38,905 bases of DNA from an uncultured Candidatus Bathyarchaeia archaeon (GCA_964432815.1 CAYSOZ010000001.1:1-38905), one strand, 5' to 3'. Positions 1 to 10,200 are shown, counted from the stretch's first letter. Numbers and translations: made by a program. The notes: generated by a model from the sequence alone, not told the origin.

Positions 1-783
1 TTCTATTTCTACGAACCGTACGTACATCAGCAAGATGTTTCTTTACCACCTATCAAGGAAGGACAGAAAGTGGGTTTCAAAAAAGTCTTGCTTCAGAGAA
101 TGTACACTACACCAGTCTCAAGATATAACCCTGCAAGTCTTCTCAGAAAAATGGAAGCAGGAAAAATCGGAACTAAAGCGACGAGAGCAGGAATAGTACA
201 AACTCTATACGAAAGGAAATACATACGCGAAGAAAGCATTGCAGTGACAGACATAGGCTTTGAAGTCGCCGAAATTCTGACGAAACACTGTGCACCTATC
301 TCATCCATAGAGTTAACTCGTAACCTTGAAGAGAGAATGTACGAGATCCAACAGGCAAAAGAAACAAGAGAAAATACCTTGAAGGATGCGATACACGTCC
401 TAGAACAAGTGACAACAAAGCTAAAAGAAAATGAAAAAGCGATAGGTTTTGGCTTAAGCCAAGCGATAAGAAAGGCAAAGCTGGAAGAAAGAACAGTCGG
501 CACCTGCCCTAAGTGTCAAGACGGGAAACTCGTTATCCTGTGTTCCAAGAAAACAGGCAAACGCTTTGTCGGTTGCACAAATTATTTTGAGAATACCTGC
601 AAAGCTGCTTTTCCTCTTCCACAGAGCGGAACGGTCAAACCATCAGGAAAGATATGTAGAAGTTGCGGATGGCCAATTGTGCGCGTCTGGTCGAAAAAGA
701 GACACCTCTGGAATTTGTGCTTAAATCCTGAATGCCCATCAAAAAAAAGCCGGGATAACATTGAAATGCAAAGTGTGCAATAG
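1..783 (+). CDS. topA: DNA topoisomerase I (type IA), C-terminal part (5' truncated by window edge)
   Basis: Frame is open from base 1. Type IA motif MEAGKIGTKATRAGIVQTLYERKYI, plus C-terminal zinc ribbons (CPKC...FVGCTNY..C, CRSCG..CLNPECP). Confidence 0.93.
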   Translation, partial: FYFYEPYVHQQDVSLPPIKEGQKVGFKKVLLQRMYTTPVSRYNPASLLRKMEAGKIGTKATRAGIVQTLYERKYIREESIAVTDIGFEVAEILTKHCAPISSIELTRNLEERMYEIQQAKETRENTLKDAIHVLEQVTTKLKENEKAIGFGLSQAIRKAKLEERTVGTCPKCQDGKLVILCSKKTGKRFVGCTNYFENTCKAAFPLPQSGTVKPSGKICRSCGWPIVRVWSKKRHLWNLCLNPECPSKKSRDNIEMQSVQ

Positions 784-994
784 AGAAACCGATGGAACGG
801 CTTTCTGTTTCCTACACATGAAAGCATACAAGAACGTAACGGAGAATTATGAGGCGTGGAAGAAAGCTATAGGGCTCTCTTGGATAGAATACTTAAACGA
901 GATTAGGAAAAATTCATTAACAGGAGAATGGGCTAAAGAAGTAGCAAAGTATCTAATCGATGATGAGGGAACAAGAAATGTCAAAGAAGATTAA
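761..994 (+). CDS. Small hypothetical protein with putative Zn site (CxxC...CxxH)
   Basis: TTG start. Overlaps topA stop and next gene start, as in an operon. MKCKVC...FCFLH. Confidence 0.7.
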   Translation: MKCKVCNRETDGTAFCFLHMKAYKNVTENYEAWKKAIGLSWIEYLNEIRKNSLTGEWAKEVAKYLIDDEGTRNVKED

Positions 995-1394
995 GAAAAG
1001 CACTTCTTCTGCATCCTTTTCAATGAGCAGATGGTTCCGAAGAATATCCACCTCGAAACCCTCTACATTCGCAGTCACAGCAATCGTAGTCGCCTACGCC
1101 ATATTTCTATTCGGAGGAGGATTGTTAACCCTCATATCACAACCTCTCCCTTCAGCTTATTATGGCGGGACATTCTATTTTCTTTACCCCGAACTCGGTC
1201 AGCAGTTTATATCCGACACAGTCATCTCGGTGATGCTATATGCCATGGGTTTCGCTGGTTTGCTAGCGATCTACCAAAGCACAAAATATGCTTACAAGCC
1301 TCGTCAGGCTTACATGATGGTTGTTATCGGTGCAACACTTCTACTTCTGGCTTACATATTCATAGAAGCTGCAATCAAAATCAAATTAGGCTAA
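978..1394 (+). CDS. OST3/OST6-family (OSTC/DC2-like) oligosaccharyltransferase accessory subunit, 3 TM
   Basis: Three hydrophobic helices. PSTFAVTAIVVAYAIFLFGGG...QQFISDTVISVMLYAMGFAG...IGATLLLL...IKIKLG parallels eukaryotic OSTC as I recall it. Start chosen at ATG 978. Confidence 0.7.
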   Translation: MSKKIKKSTSSASFSMSRWFRRISTSKPSTFAVTAIVVAYAIFLFGGGLLTLISQPLPSAYYGGTFYFLYPELGQQFISDTVISVMLYAMGFAGLLAIYQSTKYAYKPRQAYMMVVIGATLLLLAYIFIEAAIKIKLG

Positions 1395-1405
1395 TCGCCC
1401 TTTTT

Positions 1406-1903
1406 TTACCACGGGTTGTTTTTCAGTTTCAGCCTATATGCCATATAGTTCGTAAACAGATGAATGGGAGGAGTAATTATCAAAACCGCTACTGCCAACT
1501 CCCAATATACCAAAGTAGCTAAAGGCAGAGAGAACACCAATGCTCCGACAACAAAGTCAATTTGATCAACGACAGGCAGCAAACCTCCAGGGGCAATATC
1601 TAGCCTCCTTTTCAAGAAAGCACCGGCTAAGTCGCCCAAGAGGGCCCCCAAAGACGAGATCGCGCCAAAAAAAATAGGATAGCCAAAAGCTAAAGTCTCG
1701 ACTATTCCCACCAAAATACCTATCGCTAAACCGAAAAAGAACCCCCTGAAAGTCTTGTTTTTTCCAAAAACACGCTTCCCGTCGAGAAAGTTCTTTCCAA
1801 AATCCATCGAAAGCCCACCGCCAGCAAGCACGGGTGCCGCATTTGCGCAATACGCAGGGAATATGAATTTTAATGCTTCAACGACCAAGATTCCTAGTTC
1901 CAA
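1406..1903 (-). CDS. carS: CDP-archaeol synthase (CDP-2,3-bis-O-geranylgeranyl-sn-glycerol synthase)
   Basis: PAYCANAAPV, DFGKNFLDGKRVFGKNKTFRG, GDLAGAFLKRRLDI, DQIDF, LKLKNNPW: DUF46/CarS motifs. Confidence 0.93.
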   Translation of the reverse strand: MELGILVVEALKFIFPAYCANAAPVLAGGGLSMDFGKNFLDGKRVFGKNKTFRGFFFGLAIGILVGIVETLAFGYPIFFGAISSLGALLGDLAGAFLKRRLDIAPGGLLPVVDQIDFVVGALVFSLPLATLVYWELAVAVLIITPPIHLFTNYMAYRLKLKNNPW

Positions 1904-1915
1904 GCGATCAACCCA

Positions 1916-2614
1916 TCAGTGGTGGAACGGGTAATCCCGTATTCCAGTCTCGCCTATTATCAAATCGCAGAAAGTCTCCGGAGAGGATCTTTGCGTCTTT
2001 TCGAGTACCGCTTTGATAACCTGTGGGTTTTCAGTCGGTTTCAAGGCGATTATCGTATCAGCCCAGAACTTCAGCACCCTCGTGGCTACGGGTGCAACGC
2101 TAACGTAGGAGTCATCAAAAACGCTTCTTACTTGACTTGTCACCATCACAGGTATTTTTTGGGTTTTTGCGGTTTGTGCTAGAATGGCCATTTGCCTGTT
2201 TAATTCACGATTAAGTCCAAAAGCTTTTCCAGAAGTTTCCGCCACCTTGACACGGTACAAGGAAGAAACTGTGTCAAACACAACCAACCCGAAGTTTTTG
2301 ACCGTATATTCAGCAAGTCGGTCTATGACTGCTGCCTGTTCCTTGAAATCGTTTGGCCTCATGAGGATGACGAGATCAGCTATATCCTCAAATTTCCCAT
2401 CGGCGACTTGCGACAACCGTTTGGGGGCAAAGCTGTTGTCACAATCCACAAACAGAGTTTTGTAATTTTGCATTGCACAATAAACGGCACATTGCATGGC
2501 TAATGTTGTTTTACCTGTTTCTGGTTCGCCGTAGACAAGTAATAAGCTATCTGGAGATATGCCGCCGTCTAAATTGGCGTCAAGACATCGACAGCCTGTC
2601 AAGATATTCTTCAT
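1916..2614 (-). CDS. radB: RadB-like RecA-superfamily ATPase
   Basis: Walker A GEPETGKT, Walker B LVVFDTVS, VTSQVR. No RadA N-terminal domain. Start ATG 2614 (alternative 2632). Confidence 0.78.
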   Translation of the reverse strand: MKNILTGCRCLDANLDGGISPDSLLLVYGEPETGKTTLAMQCAVYCAMQNYKTLFVDCDNSFAPKRLSQVADGKFEDIADLVILMRPNDFKEQAAVIDRLAEYTVKNFGLVVFDTVSSLYRVKVAETSGKAFGLNRELNRQMAILAQTAKTQKIPVMVTSQVRSVFDDSYVSVAPVATRVLKFWADTIIALKPTENPQVIKAVLEKTQRSSPETFCDLIIGETGIRDYPFHH

Positions 2615-2698
2615 CAGGTCAACACACGTCAAGGATTATTAACTGCGAAATTAATAATCTGTTTTGCTTTCATACGTATATCTGTAATGGAAAGTTGT

Positions 2699-3346
2699 AT
2701 GAAAAAAAGGATTGCAGTTGTTACAGTCCGGGGCAAAGCATACTACTTGATAGTGAAAAAGTTGAAAGAAAAAGAAATTCCTTTCTTAAGTCTGATACCT
2801 GGCGAGACTTTGCCAACGGGTGTCAAAGTAGTCATTACTACCGAGGAAGAAAGGCATCTAGTAGAACATGAGAAGGCTCTAGTTTTCATCCCGAATGCAG
2901 AGTCGGAGACGATGATTAATGAGATTTTGAAGATTCTCCGAGGCAAGAAGGCCTACGACAAAATTGTCATAGGCATAGATCCAGGCGAAGTGTTTGGATT
3001 AGCGGTAGTATCAGATGGAAAGGTTAGCGAAACCAAAAACTGCTTCAGCATCGCCGAGGTCTTAGACACTATCAAGAAACTCTTGAAAAGCGTTGACGTC
3101 TCATCAACTGAATTCTCAGTGACAATCGGAAACGGGGTTCCGAGATATAGAGACCTTCTAGAGACCCTAGACACGGAACTGCCTTCAGAGGTTGTTTTGA
3201 CAGTTGTAAGCGAAGCGGGAACAAATCGTTCTCTTAACGACGAAAAACACAGACGAGGGCTAAGAGACATAGCCTCAGCCATACGAATAGCGGGAAGAAC
3301 AGGGCGCGTCTATTCACGGCAACACACGGATGAATCCAACAGCTGA
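2699..3346 (+). CDS. Conserved archaeal protein with RNase H-like (YqgF/Tex-type) domain
   Basis: IVIGIDPGEVFGLAVV, VVSEAGT and DIASAIRIA resemble the three YqgF/Tex acidic motifs. Confidence 0.62.
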   Translation: MKKRIAVVTVRGKAYYLIVKKLKEKEIPFLSLIPGETLPTGVKVVITTEEERHLVEHEKALVFIPNAESETMINEILKILRGKKAYDKIVIGIDPGEVFGLAVVSDGKVSETKNCFSIAEVLDTIKKLLKSVDVSSTEFSVTIGNGVPRYRDLLETLDTELPSEVVLTVVSEAGTNRSLNDEKHRRGLRDIASAIRIAGRTGRVYSRQHTDESNS

Positions 3347-3417
3347 ATGGAAAAAACAAGTTTGACCCACGCCATCCAAAAAAGGATTTGCAGATTCGTC
3401 CAAGTAATTGCAACCAG

Positions 3418-5343
3418 CTAGAGATCGAAAAAACGGTGGATTTCCTGAGCCAAGATTTTGTCGCTGAATGGCAGAATTTTCAGACCATTATTTATCCATG
3501 AAGGCAAGAAGCTGCGACAGTAACCCGTGGCGAAACGATAATCCAAAAACACTATGGCGCCTCGATCCTCCAAAGTTCGAATAGGGCGTCCAGCGGCTTG
3601 AGAGGCCTTCTTCATGGCAGGAAGAACATAGCCATATTCCCGCCCCAAGTTTGGGAAGCATTTTTCGTAATAACTTATCTGAGCTTTCACTGTTGGCGTG
3701 GGTTCAGCGTAGGGAACGCCCACGATGGCTACAGAGTTCATCTGGTTGCCAGGAAAGTCCACACCTTCAGAAGTTCTTCCGCCTTGAACTCCTAGAAAGA
3801 CTGCGCCCTCGTGGTCCCCGCAATCTTTGAATGCAGCAACCATTTTCTCGTTCAATCTGGAACTCATTCCTCTTTTCTCGTGAAATAATGGTTTGCTCAG
3901 ACAGTTCTCTAATCCCTCAGCCACCATAGAGTTTAAAACTTCAAACGAAGCAGCGAAAATGCCGGTGTTTCCAGGCGTATTTTCTGCGACTTCAGCCACT
4001 CTTTCAACTATTATTTTGTACATATCAGTTGTTCTTTTTTCCATGGCTGTCGTTACGCCGAGACAGACGAGGGATAGGACGTGTTCTTTGGGGAAAGGAG
4101 AAGGCACGATGCACTGGACAGTATTCTCAGGAAGTCCAGTTATTCTCTGATAGGCTTGCAAGGGCTGAAGCGTGCCAGACATTACTATGTTGGAATAGGT
4201 GTTTGAGAAGACCGGCATGGTGACCTTTGAGGGATCCAAGGCCACTATTTCCAGTCTTGCCGTTTTTGCACCGTCCCGGGCTACGTGTTTACTTGCGACG
4301 TGTACGAACGATTCATCCCCGAGTGTTTCAAGCCATCGAAGCAAAAATTCGCTCATTCCGTGGATATACGAACGCGGGTTTTTCCCTTCCCCAAGTAAGG
4401 TCTTCCTAATGTAACCGCCTACTTCATGAAGATGTTCTATAAATTCTCGGGGTTTAGCTATATTACCTTGCTTTTGAATGATTTCAATCAAGGATTCAGG
4501 AGAGATTATCTCCTCCTTGCCAATTCTTTCCGTCATTTTCTCGATTTGACTTCTGAAAAAGCCGATAAAAGTCTCGATTTCCTTATTTTCAAACCGGCTC
4601 GCTTCAAGTTCTGCTTGCTTGATAACGAAAAGTGAAAGACTGCTACTTGAAATGTCTATGGCTGTTTCAGGCAAGTTGTGTGCTTCATCCACGATTAGTA
4701 TAATCTTCTGCAACTGCGAATCGAGGTTCTTGAGAAAGGCATTTCGAATCACAGGATCGAAGACATAGAGGTAGCTGAGTGCCACAACTTTTATGTCTGA
4801 TAACGACCCTTTGGCGAGTTCGTAGGGACATACTTCCTTCTTTCGGCAGACTCTTTGTATCTCGGATGCTTTATAGGGACGAGCAGCAACCTCATGCTGA
4901 AGCTGAAGATAATCGTATGTCCGCTCTTCTGACTTCTTGTAATATGGACATCGACCTTTTGCTTTCAGCAACTCACACGCTTCCATCAGTGATTTGGAAT
5001 CGAAATCGTTTCCAGAAATCGTATTGTTTAAGCACATTTCGTGGCGTCCGCGAAGGGATATGCCTGAAACCGAATACTTCTTGAAGACTGCTCCAAGTTC
5101 CTCTATCACCCTATCATGTTGACGATGAGTCCGTGCAACATACAGTATCTTAAGATCTTTCTCAACGGCGATCGGTAGGCAAGCTGAAAGCGCCGAAATC
5201 GTCTTGCCCAAACCATTACTTCCCTCAATGAGAACTGAACGGCGGTCTCTGATAGCGTCGAAGACTGTATTAATGAACTGATCTTGTCTGGGACGCACAC
5301 TGTCATAGGGAAAATAATGCATGACTTCTCGCGGAAGTTCCAT
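3418..5343 (-). CDS. xpd: XPD/Rad3-family ATP-dependent DNA helicase (Fe-S)
   Basis: GSNGLGKT, DEAH, four Fe-S cysteines (EMC, EAC, RCPY, VCPY), SEGVDF, QAAGRPIR. Start moved to ATG 5343 to avoid overlap with nth. Confidence 0.92.
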   Translation of the reverse strand: MELPREVMHYFPYDSVRPRQDQFINTVFDAIRDRRSVLIEGSNGLGKTISALSACLPIAVEKDLKILYVARTHRQHDRVIEELGAVFKKYSVSGISLRGRHEMCLNNTISGNDFDSKSLMEACELLKAKGRCPYYKKSEERTYDYLQLQHEVAARPYKASEIQRVCRKKEVCPYELAKGSLSDIKVVALSYLYVFDPVIRNAFLKNLDSQLQKIILIVDEAHNLPETAIDISSSSLSLFVIKQAELEASRFENKEIETFIGFFRSQIEKMTERIGKEEIISPESLIEIIQKQGNIAKPREFIEHLHEVGGYIRKTLLGEGKNPRSYIHGMSEFLLRWLETLGDESFVHVASKHVARDGAKTARLEIVALDPSKVTMPVFSNTYSNIVMSGTLQPLQAYQRITGLPENTVQCIVPSPFPKEHVLSLVCLGVTTAMEKRTTDMYKIIVERVAEVAENTPGNTGIFAASFEVLNSMVAEGLENCLSKPLFHEKRGMSSRLNEKMVAAFKDCGDHEGAVFLGVQGGRTSEGVDFPGNQMNSVAIVGVPYAEPTPTVKAQISYYEKCFPNLGREYGYVLPAMKKASQAAGRPIRTLEDRGAIVFLDYRFATGYCRSFLPSWINNGLKILPFSDKILAQEIHRFFDL

Positions 5344-5348
5344 CACAG

Positions 5349-6011
5349 TCAACCCCACAGCCCTTTTGAGGGACAGAGCATATGCACTGGACATTTTCCG
5401 CAAAGAGGATGCCTAGCTTTACAGTATGTTCTTCCTAAAGCAATAAACAAGACATGCACATCCAGATAGGAGACCTTCTCATAGACCGACTGAAGACTCT
5501 GGCGGACATCCTCGTAACGACCCTCCTCAGGTGCAAACCCTAATCGTTTAGCAACCCGATTTACATGAGTATCCACGGGTATTGTGGGCTGTTTCCCCGA
5601 AAAAAGCAATACGACGTCAGCCGTCTTTGGTCCTATTCCAGGGAGCTTAATGAGCTCATTTCTTGATTCCTCGAACGGTAACGACAAAACAGGTTGCATG
5701 GAACCTTGGAATTTCTCCAAGATTATTTTTGAAATATGTTTTATTGTCTTAGCTTTGTTTCTGTAAAGACCGCCCACACGAAGGCACGCTTCAATTTGAG
5801 AAATTTCTGCTTCAGCCAATATTTCTGGTTTGATTATGAACATCCTTGAGAGACAGCCAAAAGCCCTTTCGGTGTTTCTGTCATTAGTGTTTTGAGATAT
5901 GACAGTTGACACCAGAGTCTCAAAGGCATCGCGAGTCGATTCAGCCCACATGGACCTATCAAAAGTCTGCCTAAGAACATGCAGGATCGCCCTTGCTCTA
6001 TCTTCCGTCAC
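5349..6011 (-). CDS. nth: Endonuclease III (HhH-GPD DNA glycosylase/AP lyase)
   Basis: ISQNTND, HhH LPGIGPKTA, IPVDTHV, C-x6-C-x2-C-x5-C Fe-S motif. Confidence 0.93.
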   Translation of the reverse strand: MTEDRARAILHVLRQTFDRSMWAESTRDAFETLVSTVISQNTNDRNTERAFGCLSRMFIIKPEILAEAEISQIEACLRVGGLYRNKAKTIKHISKIILEKFQGSMQPVLSLPFEESRNELIKLPGIGPKTADVVLLFSGKQPTIPVDTHVNRVAKRLGFAPEEGRYEDVRQSLQSVYEKVSYLDVHVLFIALGRTYCKARHPLCGKCPVHMLCPSKGLWG

Positions 6012-6209
6012 TTGCTCTCCTTCTATCGCTACCGAGTTGGGTATTTAGTGAACCTAGAAGACTATAAACATCATGGGAACCCAATCGCCCATGTTAAATC
6101 GAGTACAGTAACCAGTCCACAGAACGCGCTAAAGGTCGAGAGTGGCGCATCTGATAAGCAAAAGTACAACGAAACAACGAAAAACGCAACAGGGTAACTT
6201 AGAACTGGT

Positions 6210-6229
6210 CAAAAGAAAAAAAGAAGGGT
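6210..6229 (-). terminator. Probable oligo-T archaeal terminator after thermosome gene
   Basis: Minus strand reads CCCTTCTTTTTTTCTTTTG immediately after the stop codon. Confidence 0.6.
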
Positions 6230-6232
6230 AGC

Positions 6233-7906
6233 TTAGTAGGGCATTCCGCCCATTCCACCCATACCGCCCATACCACCCATTCCTGGGGGCATTCCTGAGG
6301 GCATGGGAGGCGCTTTTCCGCCACCTTTTACAGATATCAAGTCGTCGATTTTCAGAATCATGTTCGCTGCTTCAGTAGCTGATTTCATTACTTGCAACTT
6401 AACCCGCAACGGTTCGAGAACATTCAGGTCTAACATATTTGTTGTCTTTCCTGTTGTTAAGTCTATTCCAAAGTATTTGTTATCTGGATCTTCGTGCTTG
6501 GCTCTCAGTGCTACCATGATGTCAATTGGGTCTAGTCCTGCGTTCTCAGCCAGTGTCAACGCAATCGTTTCAACAGCTTCCGCAAACGCTTCAATGGCGA
6601 GTTGCTCGCGTCCTCCAACTTTGACAGCATAGCCTCTCAAGTTCTTGGCTACTTCCACTTCCGGTGCACCGCCTCCAGCGACTATCTTTCCGTCTTCTAT
6701 CGCATTTCTAACCACGCATAAGCCATCATGCAAGGATCGCTCAGCCTCGTCGATCACGTGGTTTGAAGCCCCTCTGATAACGATTGTCACTGCTTTCGGA
6801 TTCTTGCAGTCTCGTATGTAAATCAACTTGTCATCGCCTATTTTGACTTCTTCCACTTTTGCAGCCTTTCCCAGGGAATCAAGAGATAGATCCTTGACGC
6901 TTGCCATTATTTTGCCGCCTGTTGCTCTAGACAGCTTCTCCATATCACTGCTGCTTACGCTTTTAACAGCTAAGACACCTGCTTTTGCCAAAAAGTGCGA
7001 AGCCATATCGTCAATGCCTTTTTCGCAGAAGACCACATTTGCGCCAGACTTTGTAACTGCATTAACCATGTCCTTGAGCATGCGCTCTTCCTCTTCCAAG
7101 AAAAGCTTCATCTGTTCTGGACTCTCAATGTTAATCTTCGCATCGAACTCTGTTTTCTCGATCTCCAGCTTCTCATTAAGCAATGCAATCTTTGCGCCTT
7201 CGATGTACTTTGGCATTTGCGAGCTAGCGACTTCCTTGTCAATTACCATTCCTTTAACGAGTTCCGTCTCATCCAAGCTTTTGCCGTGCTTTTTGACTAT
7301 CTTGATCAGATCAATATCGGCTTTCAGTTTTCCGCCAACTTCTTCAGCCACTTGCTTGACTGCGTCAACAATCATTTTTGCGAAATGAGCTTGAGCGACG
7401 TTTATTCCTTTGCTCGACAAGGAGGTAATGGCAACATCGCGCAAAGTTTTGTCATCACTGATGGAAACTGGAATAGCGATTTTGTCTAGAACTTCTTGAG
7501 CTTTTTCGCTGGCTTTCTTGTAACCTTCGATAATTATTAGGGGATGTACATTGCGATCAACCAAACCTTCTGCTTTTGAGAGCAATTCTCCGGCCAAAAC
7601 TACTGCTGTTGTTGTTCCATCGCCGACTTCATTGTCTTGAGCTTTAGCTACTTCTACCAGCATCTTGGCCGCTGGATGCTGCACGTCAAGCTCTTTCATT
7701 ATTGTTGCTCCATCGTTAGTAATGGCGACATCACCAAAGCTTGTAACAAGCATCTTGTCCATTCCGGATGGACCCAATGTTGTCTTCACGGCTTCAGCTA
7801 CTATCTTCGCTGCCATTATGTTGTTCTTCAGTGCTTCGCGTCCTGTTGTCCTTCCTGTACCTTCTTTTAATACAATAACTGGAACAGTTCCTCCACCTGC
7901 AGACAT
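6233..7906 (-). CDS. ths: Thermosome (group II chaperonin) subunit
   Basis: [32 protein letters not shown]-terminal GGM repeats. GGTGA RBS before ATG 7906. Confidence 0.97.
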   Translation of the reverse strand: MSAGGGTVPVIVLKEGTGRTTGREALKNNIMAAKIVAEAVKTTLGPSGMDKMLVTSFGDVAITNDGATIMKELDVQHPAAKMLVEVAKAQDNEVGDGTTTAVVLAGELLSKAEGLVDRNVHPLIIIEGYKKASEKAQEVLDKIAIPVSISDDKTLRDVAITSLSSKGINVAQAHFAKMIVDAVKQVAEEVGGKLKADIDLIKIVKKHGKSLDETELVKGMVIDKEVASSQMPKYIEGAKIALLNEKLEIEKTEFDAKINIESPEQMKLFLEEEERMLKDMVNAVTKSGANVVFCEKGIDDMASHFLAKAGVLAVKSVSSSDMEKLSRATGGKIMASVKDLSLDSLGKAAKVEEVKIGDDKLIYIRDCKNPKAVTIVIRGASNHVIDEAERSLHDGLCVVRNAIEDGKIVAGGGAPEVEVAKNLRGYAVKVGGREQLAIEAFAEAVETIALTLAENAGLDPIDIMVALRAKHEDPDNKYFGIDLTTGKTTNMLDLNVLEPLRVKLQVMKSATEAANMILKIDDLISVKGGGKAPPMPSGMPPGMGGMGGMGGMGGMPY

Positions 7907-7970
7907 CTTTTTCACCAATCTTTCCATTTTTCACAATTTGTTGAATTCTAAACGGAACACTTATCACGAT

Positions 7971-7986
7971 AATATAAGTTTTTCCC
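7971..7986 (-). promoter_or_regulatory. BRE/TATA promoter of thermosome gene
   Basis: Minus strand GGGAAAAACTTATATT: purine-rich BRE followed by TTATAT, upstream of the gene. Confidence 0.65.
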
Positions 7987-7990
7987 AGCG

Positions 7991-9052
7991 CTAGTCTGCC
8001 TTAACAATGTTGTAACCCGATGCCTTTCGAAGCCTGTTCATAACGGCTAAGCCTAAACCTTCCGTGGACAAACCCTCCGCAATTATGACATCCACTCCTT
8101 TAGCGTCGAGCTCACGCAATCGACCAAACAAGTTTCTTGCAACCATGTCCATATTGAAGCGGCTCCCTAGAGTTTCAACTACATCGGCCTGGTAGCCTAT
8201 TTTAGTCTCATCAGTAGCCAAAACTCCCACTTTGACTCCTTTTTGTTTGTAAGATGCAGCTAATTCTTTGATCTCGGCGATCACTGCAGGAATTGCACCT
8301 TCGACAACAATCACTTGAGCATTGGGGGCGTAATGTCTATGCTTCATCCCGGGTGAACGAATCTCATCCAAGGACAACTCCCTCTCAGCAACAACAAAAG
8401 GATGAAGTTCGACAGAAGGAAGGATCTTCTTCAATGCTTCAAACGGAGTTCCTCCAGGGCGCAGAACCAGCGGTGGATCCGAAGTCAGGTCGAGAACGGT
8501 GGATTCCACCCCAATGTGTGTGGAGCCACCGTCGAGAATCGCGTCTATTCTTCCGTTGAGGTCGTCAAAAACATGTTTTCCCGAGGTTGGGCTGGGCTTT
8601 CCAGCAAGATTAGCACTCGGGGCTGCAATGGGACAACTGCTTTCTCTGATTAAGATTAATGCGACCTTATGTTTGGGCATTCTTACTGCGATAGTATCTA
8701 AGCCTGCAACTGTCACATTCGGAATAACGGGTGAACGCTCGAAGATCAATGTAAGCGGCCCTGGCCAAAATCGTTGCATAAGTTGTTTTGCTTTTGATGA
8801 CACGTGTGCAGCTAGTTTGTAAACGCCTTGCATGCTCTCTACGTGGACTATCGGGGGGTTGTCTAGTGGTCGTTTTTTCGCCTCGAAAAGCGCCACAACA
8901 GCATCCGAATTCAGTGCGTTAGCCCCTAAACCGTAAACGGTTTCGGTTGGAAAGGCGACTAAGCCACCTCGTTTGATTATGTCGGCAGCAATCTGTATTT
9001 TTTCAAGATCAGGTTCTCGAGGATTAACCTTGATCATTAGAGTCTGTTTCAT
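7991..9052 (-). CDS. sua5: L-threonylcarbamoyladenylate synthase (Sua5/TsaC2)
   Basis: [41 protein letters not shown] linker, C-terminal SUA5 domain. Confidence 0.96.
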   Translation of the reverse strand: MKQTLMIKVNPREPDLEKIQIAADIIKRGGLVAFPTETVYGLGANALNSDAVVALFEAKKRPLDNPPIVHVESMQGVYKLAAHVSSKAKQLMQRFWPGPLTLIFERSPVIPNVTVAGLDTIAVRMPKHKVALILIRESSCPIAAPSANLAGKPSPTSGKHVFDDLNGRIDAILDGGSTHIGVESTVLDLTSDPPLVLRPGGTPFEALKKILPSVELHPFVVAERELSLDEIRSPGMKHRHYAPNAQVIVVEGAIPAVIAEIKELAASYKQKGVKVGVLATDETKIGYQADVVETLGSRFNMDMVARNLFGRLRELDAKGVDVIIAEGLSTEGLGLAVMNRLRKASGYNIVKAD

Positions 9053-9254
9053 GCAGTTTGCCTTGTCCACAATAGGGAATGCAGTCTTAAATGTGAGACG
9101 ATTCTCAAACTTGCTTCACAACTTAAGGTTATGTCTTGAAGTTTGAAATAGGCTAAGAAATCGAACCGGAACCGTTCTGCCAGATTCTCAGCACTTGTTT
9201 GAAAGGCCGGTCCCATAATACTACTTTCAGGAGGGAACGTGGTTCAGGTTGAGC

Positions 9255-9755
9255 TTAGAAACGCTTTTTCTTATTGATTGAAAGTACGACTGAGGTTTCT
9301 ACTTGGCGTTCGGGAATCGTCCAGTATTTCCTCAGAAGGCTATCCTTTTCTCTTTGTGATGTCAGAACGAAGCCGTTCTTTTCATAGAAACGGACAGCCC
9401 ACCAAGCTGCTTCCCAGGTTCCCACGAGAATTTCCGATGTTTCGGATAGATGGAGGATATATTTGAGCAGTCTTTGCCCGACACCTTTTCGTTGCTGATC
9501 CGTAAGCACGTAGGCATGTCTGATAAGAGTGAAATCATTGACTCGTTGCATTCCCATTACCCCAAGCAGCTTCTTTTCTTCCATCAACCCGTAGAATTGC
9601 AATCCGTCTTCAATTTCTTCGCGGAGTTCCCCAGCCGACATATAAGGTTCTTTCCATCGGTCTCGGGGGATTATGCCTCTGTAAGCTTCAGCGGCATTAT
9701 TGATTACACTTAAAATAGAGTCGAACTCGGCGAATGAGAGCTTGCGAATCATCAT
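9255..9755 (-). CDS. GNAT-family N-acetyltransferase
   Basis: Motif A YVLTDQQRKGVGQRLL and motif B AVRFYEKNGF. Start taken at ATG 9755. Confidence 0.88.
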   Translation of the reverse strand: MMIRKLSFAEFDSILSVINNAAEAYRGIIPRDRWKEPYMSAGELREEIEDGLQFYGLMEEKKLLGVMGMQRVNDFTLIRHAYVLTDQQRKGVGQRLLKYILHLSETSEILVGTWEAAWWAVRFYEKNGFVLTSQREKDSLLRKYWTIPERQVETSVVLSINKKKRF

Positions 9756-9828
9756 ACTTTCACTTTCAGATAATTCATACTCAAAATAGCAGCAAAACAA
9801 GAAGCTTACTGCCCGAGGAGACTAGAGT

Positions 9829-10200
9829 TCACGCCGTTGTGCTCTCACGCGCACCTTCTGCTTTAAGGACCCTCTCGATGAGATGCATAAAAATGGTCTG
9901 GGCCTGCAATTCGCCGAGCTTGTCCAGATAAACTGACACCATGGCAATCTTCCCTTTCTTCGAAGCTACATACTCGGCAAACATTCTCGCCGAAATAGCA
10001 TTCTTGTTGCCTACCAATACTGATGAGGTCACAGGTCCCAACAGGTCTTGCGGCTTGGGAACAGCAATCGCCAATGTGCCAAGACGGTCTTCTTTCTCGC
10101 TCAACATGATGAGACAGGAGTTTTTGGCTTCGACATAAACAGCCAGAAAACGTGTATCTTGCTCCAGAAGTTCGTCTTTAATGACTTTGGCGCGTTCCAT
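9829..10200 (-). CDS. Proteasome assembly chaperone PAC3/PAC4-like protein
   Basis: RLGTLAIAVP...PVTSSVLVG...ARMFAEYVASKKGKIAMVSVYL resembles eukaryotic PSMG3/PSMG4 as recalled. About 123 aa, the expected size. Confidence 0.62.
   Translation of the reverse strand: MERAKVIKDELLEQDTRFLAVYVEAKNSCLIMLSEKEDRLGTLAIAVPKPQDLLGPVTSSVLVGNKNAISARMFAEYVASKKGKIAMVSVYLDKLGELQAQTIFMHLIERVLKAEGARESTTA

Noticed and set aside
1031-1522. 163 aa alternative-frame ORF
   Set aside because: It overlaps the OSTC-like gene and carS, and has atypical composition.
6236-6310. Short tandem repeats at the thermosome 3' end
   Set aside because: They encode the ordinary GGM chaperonin tail.
6303-7994. Several long antisense ORFs over the thermosome gene (also over xpd, btuD, AIRS and the GTs)
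   Set aside because: Shadow ORFs of conserved genes, with no protein-like motifs.
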